Numbered from the stretch's first letter, positions 1 to 8,933 are shown. The stretch is 54,940 bases of DNA from a virus (IMGVR_UViG_3300049846_002234:1-54940), one strand, 5' to 3'. The notes: generated by a model not told the origin, from the sequence alone. Translations and numbers: made by a program.

Positions 1-5
1 CGCGC

Positions 6-69
6 GGGCGGGGGCCGGGGGGCCGGGGGAGGCGTTGAGCTTCGCATCCATTTTTTCTCCCGACTTTTT
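6..69 (+). other. G-tract/T-tract segment upstream of the packaging genes (possible terminus or pac region)
   Basis: G3,G5,G6,G5 runs at 6-29, then T6 (51-56) and T5 (65-69); non-coding, ahead of the TerS-like gene. Confidence 0.35.
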
Positions 70-263
70 CTGTCGGCGGGCCTGGCTGGCGTCGTCCCAC
101 GTTTATCCCGCTGATACTTCCCAGGGATGATGGGACAATCTAGGGTCTCTCCCGGGCGTTGCACACTTTCTGCGCTCCCAGCGCTCCCATCGTCCCAATC
201 CCACACCCCCTGGGCGGGCAGGGACTTGACGGCGTAGGGGAGGCGCTGCGACACTCCTCAGCC

Positions 264-623
264 ATGAGCCTTCTCGACACGCTCCAGCGCGCCCTGGGAC
301 CAGGGGATCTGGCGCGGATCGTGTCCGCCCAGGAGCGCCAAGCGGCTGCCCTCGAGCGGTTGGTGGAGCTCGCCGAGGTGGCCCTGGGGGTAGATCCGCC
401 CACGCTGACGGCGGCGGCCACAGCAACCCCAGGCACGGTGGAGATCGGCGAGGCGGATCGCACCGCCCTGCGGAAGATCGAGGAGATCACCCTGGCGCTC
501 GCCTCGGCCATGGGGCGCACCCCCACCGACGAGGAGATTCACGCGGAACTCGACCGGCAGGAAGCCGTGGAGGCGGAGGCGGCCCGCGCCGCCGCCGGGT
601 GGGGGATGCATGGGCTCCACTAG
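264..623 (+). CDS. Hypothetical helical protein
   Basis: ORF 159..623; ATG at 264 (MSLLDTLQ) preferred, with TTGACG at 226-231 upstream; overlaps next gene. Confidence 0.6.
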   Translation: MSLLDTLQRALGPGDLARIVSAQERQAAALERLVELAEVALGVDPPTLTAAATATPGTVEIGEADRTALRKIEEITLALASAMGRTPTDEEIHAELDRQEAVEAEAARAAAGWGMHGLH

Positions 624-1308
624 CACGCTGGCGCCCATCGCCGCCGCTGCCCTCGCTGAGGTGGCGAAGTTGGAAGCCCGCATCGGGGGGCGCGACGTGC
701 TCATTGGGGCGCTGGCTACGGCCACGCTCGACAAGCCGGGGAATCGGCTCCTGCACATGCTGGCCGACCCGTCCAACGCCAACGCGCCGCTCCTCGAGCT
801 GTGCCGCGCCGCAGGCCTGCGCCCTGGCGCCCTGATCGAGGCCGTCTCCCAGGGGCTCACCGCTGCCAGCCACCTGGAAGCGCGGGTACTCGTCGCCCAA
901 GGCACCCCAGCCGTCGTCCGCGACGTGATGGTCAAGGCGGCGCCCCGCGAGGAAACCTGCTACGACTGTGGCGGGACGCAGACCAAGACGCCTGATCCGA
1001 CCGACGAGGTACCCAATCCCTCGCCGGAGCCCTGCGCCACCTGCAACGGGCGGGGCACCCTCGCCTACGCCGCCGACCCCGAAGCGCGCAAGCTCGCGCT
1101 CGACCTCTCGGGCCTGCTCCCCAAGGCCGGCGGGATCTCCATCACCAACACCCAGCAGCTCGCCAACGTCGTCGCCGGCGGGGGGAGTGGTGACGGCGAC
1201 CGCCTGCAGGAAGCGATGGATCAGATTCTCTTCGGCGGTGGCCCAGCCGCCGCGCTCCCTCCCATCGACGTGACGCCGACCCCCTCCGCTCCTGCGGACC
1301 CGGTGTAG
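610..1308 (+). CDS. Putative terminase small subunit-like protein with DnaJ-type Zn finger
   Basis: CYDCGGTQ...CATCNGRG motifs, helical body, position at the start of the packaging region; TerS role inferred. Confidence 0.5.
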   Translation: MGSTSTLAPIAAAALAEVAKLEARIGGRDVLIGALATATLDKPGNRLLHMLADPSNANAPLLELCRAAGLRPGALIEAVSQGLTAASHLEARVLVAQGTPAVVRDVMVKAAPREETCYDCGGTQTKTPDPTDEVPNPSPEPCATCNGRGTLAYAADPEARKLALDLSGLLPKAGGISITNTQQLANVVAGGGSGDGDRLQEAMDQILFGGGPAAALPPIDVTPTPSAPADPV

Positions 1309-1311
1309 GAG

Positions 1312-1548
1312 ATGCGTATGGCGGCTCTTGACCCGGAGCTCTTGGATGAGATGCTGGCAGAGCTCTCAGCACGGCGCCTGCCCAAGAACGACCTCCCGAA
1401 GTACGTGGCCCTGATCTTCGCCGCCGCTGTCGCCTGGGGCGCCTTCGAGGCCCGCATGCGTGTGGTGGAGGATCGCTACGACCAGCTCAAGGCGGCGATC
1501 ATCGAAATGAAGGATGACCTCCGGGCCATCCGGGAACGCCGGCCGTGA
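1312..1548 (+). CDS. Holin-like single-TM protein
   Basis: Hydrophobic YVALIFAAAVAWGAF followed by coiled coil; GTGA overlap with endolysin. Confidence 0.55.
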   Translation: MRMAALDPELLDEMLAELSARRLPKNDLPKYVALIFAAAVAWGAFEARMRVVEDRYDQLKAAIIEMKDDLRAIRERRP

Positions 1549-2099
1549 GCCCTGACCAGGCGGACGAGGCGATCCTCGCCGGGATCCTCCAACGCGAAGG
1601 CGGCTACCGCAACGTCCCGGGGGACCGGGGCGGCCCGACCAACTTCGGCATCACCGCCGCCACCTTGGGTGCCTGGCGGAAGCTGGGGCGGCCGGCGACG
1701 GTGGAGGAGGTGCAGGCGCTGCCCCTCGAGGAGGCGCGGGAGATCTACCGCAGCCAGTACATCGCCCCCTTCGATCGCATCCCGCACGCGGCGCTCCGCG
1801 AGCAGCTCATCGACTTCGGGGTGAACAGCGGGCCCGGCACCGCCGCCAACCACCTGCAGCGAGTGTTGGGGATTCCTGAGACCGGGACGGTCGGCGCCAA
1901 TACCCTCGCGGTCCTCGAGCAGGTCTCCCGCCTCACCATCGGCACCCGGCCGGCCCTCGCACTCGTCAACGATGCGCTGGTCGCCTCCAGACTCCTCCTC
2001 ATCGATCGGCTGGAGGATGGGGGGAAGATCCCGTCCACCGACGAAGAGGGTGTAGAATCGCGGGCACTCGGGTTCTTCCTCGCACGGCCCAACGGCTGA
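1545..2099 (+). CDS. Endolysin, glycoside hydrolase family 108
   Basis: EGGY.N.PGDRGGPTNFGIT signature; DFGVNSGP and LQRVLG typical of GH108 with peptidoglycan-binding region. Confidence 0.9.
   Translation: MSPDQADEAILAGILQREGGYRNVPGDRGGPTNFGITAATLGAWRKLGRPATVEEVQALPLEEAREIYRSQYIAPFDRIPHAALREQLIDFGVNSGPGTAANHLQRVLGIPETGTVGANTLAVLEQVSRLTIGTRPALALVNDALVASRLLLIDRLEDGGKIPSTDEEGVESRALGFFLARPNG
2053..2058 (+). promoter_or_regulatory. TAGAAT -10-like element (GTAGAATC copy 1)
   Basis: One of five identical GTAGAATC octamers near gene ends or starts. Confidence 0.4.
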
Positions 2100-2130
2100 G
2101 CGGCCCGGGGCAGGAGACGCACACTCCGCC

Positions 2131-2403
2131 ATGCAGCCACCGAAGTACGACACGCTCACCAAAGAGCTCGCCGCACGTCTCACCTGGGCGCACACGCACA
2201 CGCCGAACCTGGTCCACGAGCCGCGCAAGGCCCGCTGGCTGTCGTCGGCGAACCTGAGCGAGACGCTCCGCCACCAGTACGAGACCCCACGGGCGGTGCG
2301 ACGCCGCCTGGGGCTCTCCGCCCGCCAGTACAAGAAGCGCCTCAAGGCCCACAAGCGCACCGGCTACCTTCCCCAGGCGTTCATGCGCCGGCAGGTGGGC
2401 TGA
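2131..2403 (+). CDS. Hypothetical basic protein
   Basis: ORF with GGAG upstream; TGATG coupling to next gene. Confidence 0.6.
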   Translation: MQPPKYDTLTKELAARLTWAHTHTPNLVHEPRKARWLSSANLSETLRHQYETPRAVRRRLGLSARQYKKRLKAHKRTGYLPQAFMRRQVG

Positions 2404-2636
2404 TGCCGGCCCCGTCTGACGCGGAGCTCCGCGATGTCATCCGGGCTCTCGCCATCATCCGAGGCCACGAGGAGCGTCTCCCCCCGGATCTGGTGTACTC
2501 CCGGATCCTCAGCACGTACGTGGAGTACCGCGTGCGCGCCGTCGGGCACGAATCCGCGCTGGCGGTCATCGCCAAGCACCTCGCGGATCGCTACCCCACC
2601 GCCCCCGCCCTGATCACGCCGGCGACTGTCGGCTAG
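2403..2636 (+). CDS. Hypothetical protein
   Basis: Translationally coupled ORF with GC3-rich codons. Confidence 0.6.
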   Translation: MPAPSDAELRDVIRALAIIRGHEERLPPDLVYSRILSTYVEYRVRAVGHESALAVIAKHLADRYPTAPALITPATVG

Positions 2637-2646
2637 GAGCTGCCCG

Positions 2647-4278
2647 ATGGCTACATTCCGTACGTGGGATCGTCAGCACTACCTGCGCGTCTATAACCCG
2701 GCGATCGCGCGGCCCGACGGGCGCCAGGGGCAGCTCTTCGCCGACAGCACCGGCGTCGGCCCGGATGAGATCTTCGAAGTCGTCCCGGCGGGCAGCGACA
2801 CGTTCGGGCTCAAGATCCATGGCGTGTTCGTCTCGATGCAGCCGGACGGGCGGGTCGAAGTGAACCGGCCGAAGCTCCAGTCGTGGGAGCGGTTCCGCCT
2901 GGTGCCGGGAGTCGACGGCGGCCAGGGCATCCGCTCGGTGGCGTGGGGGTATCTCCTCGCGGCCGAACAGGGTGGGGGTGGCGCGGTGACCACTCGGACG
3001 TACGACGCCGCAGAGCCCTGGGAGAGCTTCTTCCCGGTGGGCGTAGGGCTGGGCGGGAACGCCTGGGCGGGTGGGCTTCACGGGGCGATCCGCCGGATTG
3101 GCCCGCGCGCCCTCGGCGACGATCGCGGCCCGCAGCTCTACGCCTCGCTCTCACGCTTCTACCACGGCAGCGAGATCCGCACGAACCCCGATCGCGTGAA
3201 GCGGGACGTGGCGAACGACGTGGCGGTGGGCTACGACGCCGCCCGCGTGCTCTTCCAGGTGGGCTCACTCGACAGCCGGGACTATTGGGCCGGGCACGTC
3301 GCCGATCAGAACGCCCCCGGCTACGAGAACGACGTACGCCGGCTGCTCGACACCTACCGCGCCGGCGGGCTGCGCCTCTCCTCGGCCTGCCTGATCGGCA
3401 AGGGCAACGGCACCGACCGGCAGAGCGTGCGCCGCGCGCACGTCCAGCGTCTCGCCAGCATCATGAAGGACTACCCGGATGTGATCCTGGTGGCGCAGAT
3501 GATGAACGAGCCGACGATCCTGGGGTACGCCAGCGAGGGGGAGCTCCTCGAGCTGGAAGCCCTCTTCCGCCAGATCGCGCCGCGCATCGTCACCAGCACG
3601 GGCGCCTACCCCGACAACGGCTACGGTGAGTCGGTCGACACCTGGGGACAGGTGGGCACCCCGCATCTCCCCCGCGACACCGACAAGAGCGAGATGCAGG
3701 ATCGCCCGTGGCGCCAGCCGTGGGAGATCGCCATGCTCGGGAAGGCGTGGGTGAACGACGAGCCGATTGGCCCGGGCGCCTCGGTGAACAGCGAGCGCCG
3801 GGCGAAGGTACTGCGCTCGCACGCAGCGGTGAGCTACATCAGCGGGGCGGCGAGCTACGTCTTCCACGCTGACGAGGGCATCCGTGGGCTGGGCGATCTC
3901 CCCCAGGTGCCGGGGTACCTCTACTCTCCCAAGGCCAAGCGCTTCCTGCCCGGCGGTCTCGCCAACGGCACGCTGCAGAACAGCAACAGCAACTTCCCGA
4001 ACCGGCATTGGGATCTCGACCCCATGTACTACCGCGCCGGCAACGGCAACACCCGAGGGATCGTCCGCTGCTTCGGCATGCAGCTCGACGGCCGCCAGTA
4101 CACCATCCCCTTCGGGCCGGTGAGCGACTTCGAGCTGATCGCGCGGCGGGGCATGCGTGTTGAGTGTTACCAGCAGGATCTCGGCGAGCAGCTCTGGACC
4201 AAGGGCGTGTCCCCCGGCGAGCGTGTGCGGTTCTCGGGCGAGCACCCCGACTACCTGCTCATTTCCACAGTGCTCTGA
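2647..4278 (+). CDS. Fascin-like beta-trefoil plus clan GH-A-like TIM-barrel glycoside hydrolase
   Basis: Fascin-type repeats (EIFEVV, WERFRLV, YLLAAEQGGG, WESFF); NEP acid/base-like and NDEP nucleophile-like motifs; AGGAG RBS. Confidence 0.7.
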   Translation: MATFRTWDRQHYLRVYNPAIARPDGRQGQLFADSTGVGPDEIFEVVPAGSDTFGLKIHGVFVSMQPDGRVEVNRPKLQSWERFRLVPGVDGGQGIRSVAWGYLLAAEQGGGGAVTTRTYDAAEPWESFFPVGVGLGGNAWAGGLHGAIRRIGPRALGDDRGPQLYASLSRFYHGSEIRTNPDRVKRDVANDVAVGYDAARVLFQVGSLDSRDYWAGHVADQNAPGYENDVRRLLDTYRAGGLRLSSACLIGKGNGTDRQSVRRAHVQRLASIMKDYPDVILVAQMMNEPTILGYASEGELLELEALFRQIAPRIVTSTGAYPDNGYGESVDTWGQVGTPHLPRDTDKSEMQDRPWRQPWEIAMLGKAWVNDEPIGPGASVNSERRAKVLRSHAAVSYISGAASYVFHADEGIRGLGDLPQVPGYLYSPKAKRFLPGGLANGTLQNSNSNFPNRHWDLDPMYYRAGNGNTRGIVRCFGMQLDGRQYTIPFGPVSDFELIARRGMRVECYQQDLGEQLWTKGVSPGERVRFSGEHPDYLLISTVL

Positions 4279-4289
4279 CGGAGGCGCAG

Positions 4290-4523
4290 ATGAAGATCCC
4301 GAATCTCGGTGACATTCAAGCGGCGATCAACGCGCAGATCGCCGCGCGTGGGCTCGATCAGTACGTGGAGTACGTCCAGTACCTGCCCGGCGATGCGCCG
4401 GCGCCGGAGGACGCGACCCACACGCTGACGCTCGAGAGCAAGAGCGGCGCGAAGGTGCAGGTGGCGATCAAGGCGAAGGGCTTCTACAGCGCGATCGCTG
4501 ACATCGCGCTCAGCGTGCTCTGA
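4290..4523 (+). CDS. Hypothetical protein
   Basis: ATG at 4290 after GGAGG; in frame with ORF 4164..4523. Confidence 0.7.
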   Translation: MKIPNLGDIQAAINAQIAARGLDQYVEYVQYLPGDAPAPEDATHTLTLESKSGAKVQVAIKAKGFYSAIADIALSVL

Positions 4524-4528
4524 CGGCC

Positions 4529-4783
4529 ATGGCGGACGATCCCCTCTTCCGCGATCAACGCACCGAGGCTGGAGCCCTCCTCCGCTCCGGCCTCGATCTC
4601 GTCACGCAGATGGAGATCCCGCCCGGCAAGACGCTGGTGGGCGTGGTCGTTGCCGACAAGGATTCGCGCGTCCTGGGCTTCGCCGTACGCACCGGCAAGG
4701 GCTGGGAGTTCCATGGCCAGGTCTCGCAAGAGGTGGCGGCGGGGAAGAAGGGGATTCGCGCGACGCTGGCGGTGGTGATCTGA
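4529..4783 (+). CDS. Small protein, helix plus four amphipathic beta-strands
   Basis: Alternating hydrophobic strands LVGVVVAD / VLGFAVRT / WEFHGQVS / IRATLAVVI. Confidence 0.65.
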   Translation: MADDPLFRDQRTEAGALLRSGLDLVTQMEIPPGKTLVGVVVADKDSRVLGFAVRTGKGWEFHGQVSQEVAAGKKGIRATLAVVI

Positions 4784-5205
4784 TGGAGCTGCCCCTCCTG
4801 CTTGCGGGACAGGCGGATCCTCCACGCTTCCGCTTGCATGAGGTGGACGACCCGATCTACAAGGTGCGTCTCTGCGTGTGCCATGGGCCGGAACAGGCAT
4901 TCTGCGACGACGTGAACACCACGATCCAGGATGACCAGCCGATCACCCCGCACCCTGGCGCGGCCGCGCGCTCCTGTGTGGCGCGAACGCCGGCTGGCCA
5001 TCTGCGCGTGTGGATCTGGCTCTCTTCCGACCAGCCCACCCCCGACCGGGCGCGCGTCGCGGCCCTCGTCGCCCATGAAGCGCTCCACGGAGCACTCGGC
5101 GTCTTTCAGGCGATCGGGCTCGCCCCCACCAAGAAGAGCGAGGAAGCCCTCACCTACTACGTGGAGTGGCTGACGTACGAAGCGCTTCAGTACCTCTGGG
5201 GATAG
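4783..5205 (+). CDS. HExxH metallopeptidase-like protein
   Basis: VAHEALH motif followed by EEALTY third-ligand helix; TGATG coupling. Confidence 0.65.
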   Translation: MELPLLLAGQADPPRFRLHEVDDPIYKVRLCVCHGPEQAFCDDVNTTIQDDQPITPHPGAAARSCVARTPAGHLRVWIWLSSDQPTPDRARVAALVAHEALHGALGVFQAIGLAPTKKSEEALTYYVEWLTYEALQYLWG

Positions 5206-5208
5206 CCT

Positions 5209-6570
5209 GTGTATCACCCCGAAGTCGTCGCCGCCCGCTTCGCCCAGATCCTCGCCTCCCCCATCGGCGCGGCGTTCAAGGCGCAGTTCGGCGGCGCCCC
5301 CGCGCCTCTCCCCGCCGACGAGTGCCACCGGCGCACACGCCAGCTCGCGGCGATCTGGGATGCGAAGAAGGGTGCCCCCTCCCGCCGACTCACCGAGGAC
5401 GAGCAGCGCTTCGTCACCAACGAGCGCATCCTCAGCAAGATCGACTACCGCTACTTCGCTGAGCGGTACTCCTTCATCATCCACCCCGCGAAGGGTCTCA
5501 CCCCGATCTTCCCGCTCTTCACCTCACAAGAGCTGATCCTCGCGGCTATCGCGCGGGTGGAGTACGAACGCTGGCAGGCCGGGCACCCTGACGGGCTCCT
5601 CTGCAACATCCTCAAAGGGCGGCAGCTCGGCGCGAGCACTCTGTGCCAGTCGATCCTGGCGCACCGGGTGATGACGCAGACCTACACCAAGGGGCTGATC
5701 GCGTCCGACGTGCCGCAAAACTCCGGCTCCACGGGTCTGTTCGGCATGCTCGAGCTCACCGTGGAGCACTGCCCGTGGTGGTTGAAGCCGGGCGAGCAGT
5801 ACCACACCAAGGACCATCACATCGTCTTCACCAATCACGCCTCGGTGATCGTGGAGTCGGGTAAGTCGATGAAGGGGGCGCTGCAGGACGACGGCGGCAG
5901 CAAGGGGCAGATCGGGCGCAGTAAAACCTACTCGATCGCGCATCTCTCGGAGCTCTCCACCTGGGAGAACGCCGGCCAGATCGATGACGCGCTCATGCCG
6001 GCGATCCCGATGACGCCCCGCACCTTCATGGCGAAGGAGAGCACGGCCAAGGGGCGCCACAACTGGTGGCACAAGGAGTGGCTGACTACCCAGGCCGGCA
6101 ATGGGCGCAGCTTCAACATCTTCATCCCCTGGTACGCCGAGCGCAGCAAGTACTGGGCACCCTGCCCGACGAATTGGGATCCGCCGGACTTCGTGATCGC
6201 CTACGCCGCCCGCGTCGCCGAGCATGGCCCGCGCTGGATGGGGGGAGAGAGCTACCGTCTCTCCAAGGAACAGCTCTACTGGTACTTCCTGCAGCGCCGC
6301 GCCGCCGAGGACAAGGGGACGCTCTACAAGTTCCTGGAGGAGTACCCGGCCGAACCCGAGGAAGCGTTTCAGTACTCCGGGCGCAGCATCTTCACCCCCG
6401 CCGAGATCGACTACCTCCGCAACCGGGCCAAGCCCGCACGGATGGTGTACCGCGTCCTCCCCAACACCCTCATCGCGGACTTGCGCGACCACGCCCTGTC
6501 CCCGCAGGATCTCGAGGACGAGCTCTCAATGCCGGCGCACACCGCCGATGTCGCTGAGGAGATGACCTGA
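5209..6570 (+). CDS. terL: Terminase large subunit, N-terminal ATPase half
   Basis: LKGRQLGAST Walker A, HLSELSTW Walker B-like, ESTAKG motif III, FIPWY and EEYP..PEEAF..SG; ends before the nuclease domain. Confidence 0.9.
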   Translation: MYHPEVVAARFAQILASPIGAAFKAQFGGAPAPLPADECHRRTRQLAAIWDAKKGAPSRRLTEDEQRFVTNERILSKIDYRYFAERYSFIIHPAKGLTPIFPLFTSQELILAAIARVEYERWQAGHPDGLLCNILKGRQLGASTLCQSILAHRVMTQTYTKGLIASDVPQNSGSTGLFGMLELTVEHCPWWLKPGEQYHTKDHHIVFTNHASVIVESGKSMKGALQDDGGSKGQIGRSKTYSIAHLSELSTWENAGQIDDALMPAIPMTPRTFMAKESTAKGRHNWWHKEWLTTQAGNGRSFNIFIPWYAERSKYWAPCPTNWDPPDFVIAYAARVAEHGPRWMGGESYRLSKEQLYWYFLQRRAAEDKGTLYKFLEEYPAEPEEAFQYSGRSIFTPAEIDYLRNRAKPARMVYRVLPNTLIADLRDHALSPQDLEDELSMPAHTADVAEEMT

Positions 6571-6713
6571 TGCACCACAAGCGCCGCCGCCCGAAGTCTC
6601 GTCGTGCTGGCTGTTGTTGCGGTGGGAAGTGGGCCAAGCAGGAATGGGCACCCAAGTACTACCGGGTGAAGGGGCTCCGTGGCCCGCGCAAGAAGCGGGA
6701 TCTGGAGGACTGA
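6570..6713 (+). CDS. Unannotated 47-aa basic, Cys3-containing ORF between the TerL halves
   Basis: MHHKRRRPKSRRAGCCCGGKWAKQEWAPKYYRVKGLRGPRKKRDLED; GAGGAG RBS; TGATG overlaps at both ends. Confidence 0.65.
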   Translation: MHHKRRRPKSRRAGCCCGGKWAKQEWAPKYYRVKGLRGPRKKRDLED

Positions 6714-7699
6714 TGCCCCCCGCCGCTCGCGGGCTCCCCCCGCTCCCACGCAAGCTGGCCCGTCTCACCGATGACCTGGCGATCATTCCCCAGGGCTACG
6801 GCTTCCTGCCGCTCGCCCTGCGGGATCTCCTCCCTGGCGGTCCCCACGCCGACGGGCTAGGGCTCTGCGCGATCTACGAGCCCCCGCTCCGGGGGTTCAA
6901 GTACGTCGTCGCGGCCGACATCAGCGACGGGCTGGGCAAGGATCGCACCTCCATCGACGTGATCCGGCAGGGGACGGTGGCGCGGACGGAAGAGCAGGTC
7001 GCCCACTTCATCTCGGATCGGGTGAAGCCGCGCGAGGCGGCCTTCATCGTGGATGCCCTCGGACACCTCTACTGCGACGATGAGGGCCGGGAAGCCTGTG
7101 TCGCCATCGAGACCAACAACCACGGGCTCAGCACCCAGGACACCTTGCGCCTCCACCTCGGGTACCGGCACTTCTACGTGATGGAGCATGTGGGCGCGGC
7201 CGCGCACGCCAACCGCTTCAGCGCCCGGGAAGGGTGGTACACCACCCAGCGCACGCGCCCGATCGTGCTCGACCACCTCTACGAAGCGCTCACCACCTAC
7301 GACCCGGTGACCGGCGAGCCGGATCTCCTCATCAACTCCCCGCACACCTTGGGGGAGCTGCACGACTTCCAGACCGACGGAGCGCTGGCGGATGCGGCTG
7401 CCGCCGCTGGCGCGCATGACGACTGCCTGATGTCGCTCGCCATCGGGCACTACGTGAGCTGGCGGCTGGCCGGCGGAGAGCGGGAGCCCCTGGCCGATCG
7501 GCGCCGGCGCCTGCGTATGATCGAGCAGCGCCGCGCCTCCCTCTCTGCCTACGACGGGAGCGGCGCCAGCTACCAGACCATGCCGTACACCGAAGAGGAG
7601 ATCGCCCAGGTGCAGGGGGGCCGGGTGGATCGCCTCGACCCTGAGCTGGAAGAGCTCCTGTACGATCTCCGGGGAGAGACCTACGATGGCTTCTACTAA
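6713..7699 (+). CDS. terL: Terminase large subunit, C-terminal RNase H-like nuclease half
   Basis: IYEPP..YVVAADISDGLGKDRT, IETNNHG, HDDCLMSLA; ATG at 6713 with GGAGGA RBS, in frame with ORF 6614..7699. Confidence 0.88.
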   Translation: MPPAARGLPPLPRKLARLTDDLAIIPQGYGFLPLALRDLLPGGPHADGLGLCAIYEPPLRGFKYVVAADISDGLGKDRTSIDVIRQGTVARTEEQVAHFISDRVKPREAAFIVDALGHLYCDDEGREACVAIETNNHGLSTQDTLRLHLGYRHFYVMEHVGAAAHANRFSAREGWYTTQRTRPIVLDHLYEALTTYDPVTGEPDLLINSPHTLGELHDFQTDGALADAAAAAGAHDDCLMSLAIGHYVSWRLAGGEREPLADRRRRLRMIEQRRASLSAYDGSGASYQTMPYTEEEIAQVQGGRVDRLDPELEELLYDLRGETYDGFY

Positions 7700-7958
7700 A
7701 GGCGCACTCAGATCTCGTGTGTTCGAGGGCTGGGCGCCCCGGATGGGGGTGATGTGCCTGGCCCAGCTCGACACCGGGCCACGGCCGTTCCTGCCGATCG
7801 CCCAGGCCGGCCCCGACGGGACGTGGGTGGGGTGGCTCTTCCCGCTCATCCCCACCGACGATGCCTCGCAGGATCTCCGTATCGCCGGCCACAGCCCCGC
7901 CGCTCGCCGCGCCCCGTGCTACTGTAAGGTCGCGCTCGCCGCCTTGCGGCAGCTCTGA
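7686..7958 (+). CDS. Hypothetical protein
   Basis: ORF overlapping TerL nuclease end, GGAG upstream; fills gap. Confidence 0.45.
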   Translation: MASTKGALRSRVFEGWAPRMGVMCLAQLDTGPRPFLPIAQAGPDGTWVGWLFPLIPTDDASQDLRIAGHSPAARRAPCYCKVALAALRQL

Positions 7959-7971
7959 GGAGTCGCACCCT

Positions 7972-8430
7972 ATGAAGATCAGCCTTTCCGACGACCTGAT
8001 GGACGCCTTGGCGGCGCAGCTCCGTCCTGGGCAGGACATCACCGCCCTGGTGGAAGCGCGCCTCGCCCAGCTCCTGACGATCCCCCTCGGCCACCCCTTC
8101 CTCGTGCTCAGTCACAGTGACCTGGACGCGATCGGGATGGCAGCGGGCCGCACCATGCCCCCGCTCTCTGCCGCGCAGATCATCGCCTACATCGAACGGC
8201 TCGGCCGGGTCCGTCTCGGCGACGTGAAGATCGAGTTCTCCGTCGGCCACCTCGAGGAAATCGCCCGTCTCGCCGCCCGCGAAGGGCAGGATCCCGCGCA
8301 GTACATCGGCCGGGTGGCCGCCACGATCCTCTCGCAGTTCTTCCGCAGCCCGGCCATGGCAGGGGAAATTCCCTCAGTGCGTACGGTGGAGTACCTGGAG
8401 GGAGCGCCTGACGCGCCCGTTACGGCATGA
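7972..8430 (+). CDS. Putative tandem ribbon-helix-helix-like DNA-binding protein
   Basis: ATG 7972 after GAGGAG; two strand-helix-helix units (MKISLSDDLMDAL.. / VKIEFSVGHLEEIARLAAREG). Confidence 0.55.
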   Translation: MKISLSDDLMDALAAQLRPGQDITALVEARLAQLLTIPLGHPFLVLSHSDLDAIGMAAGRTMPPLSAAQIIAYIERLGRVRLGDVKIEFSVGHLEEIARLAAREGQDPAQYIGRVAATILSQFFRSPAMAGEIPSVRTVEYLEGAPDAPVTA

Positions 8431-8933
8431 GCCACAACGCGGTCCTCTACCAGATCTTCCAGTGCCAGACCTGCGGCACGGCGCGGCGGCGCCCCCACCA
8501 GATCGGGGATGCGCCCGAGTGTTGCAACGCCCCCATGAAGTGGCGCCGCACTGCGACGATGATCGACCCTCCAGCGCCCCGCTTCGGACAGGCGCCCAGC
8601 ATCGACTTCCGCAACACCAGCCCGATCGAAGTGCCCATCGGGGCCAACGGGATCCGTTTCGAGTCGCTCCATGAGCTCCGGCAGTTCGAGAAGGAGAGCG
8701 AGGCGCTGGCGGCTGAGGGGATCGGGCAGCCCTACGTCATCCGGGGCTACTCCCAGAACAAGAGCAACATGAACGTCAACACCCTGGGCACGGTTGAGGA
8801 AGCCCCTCCACCCTCCTTCACCGACGCGAAGGGACGGCCACGCTTCAAGGTGACCCAGGGCACGGTCGATGAGACGATGGGCCCAGGCGCGTCCGAGGAT
8901 CTCGCCTCGGCGCTGCCCATGGATCCGATCTAG
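8427..8933 (+). CDS. FmdB-like zinc-ribbon protein
   Basis: CQTCG...PECCNAPMKW; located just before the portal. Confidence 0.65.
   Translation: MSHNAVLYQIFQCQTCGTARRRPHQIGDAPECCNAPMKWRRTATMIDPPAPRFGQAPSIDFRNTSPIEVPIGANGIRFESLHELRQFEKESEALAAEGIGQPYVIRGYSQNKSNMNVNTLGTVEEAPPPSFTDAKGRPRFKVTQGTVDETMGPGASEDLASALPMDPI

Noticed and set aside
6561-6778. 9-bp direct repeat GATGACCTG flanking the TerL gap (6561, 6770) as an excision or bypass signal
   Set aside because: Spacing of 209 nt is not a multiple of three; removal would not fuse the two TerL frames
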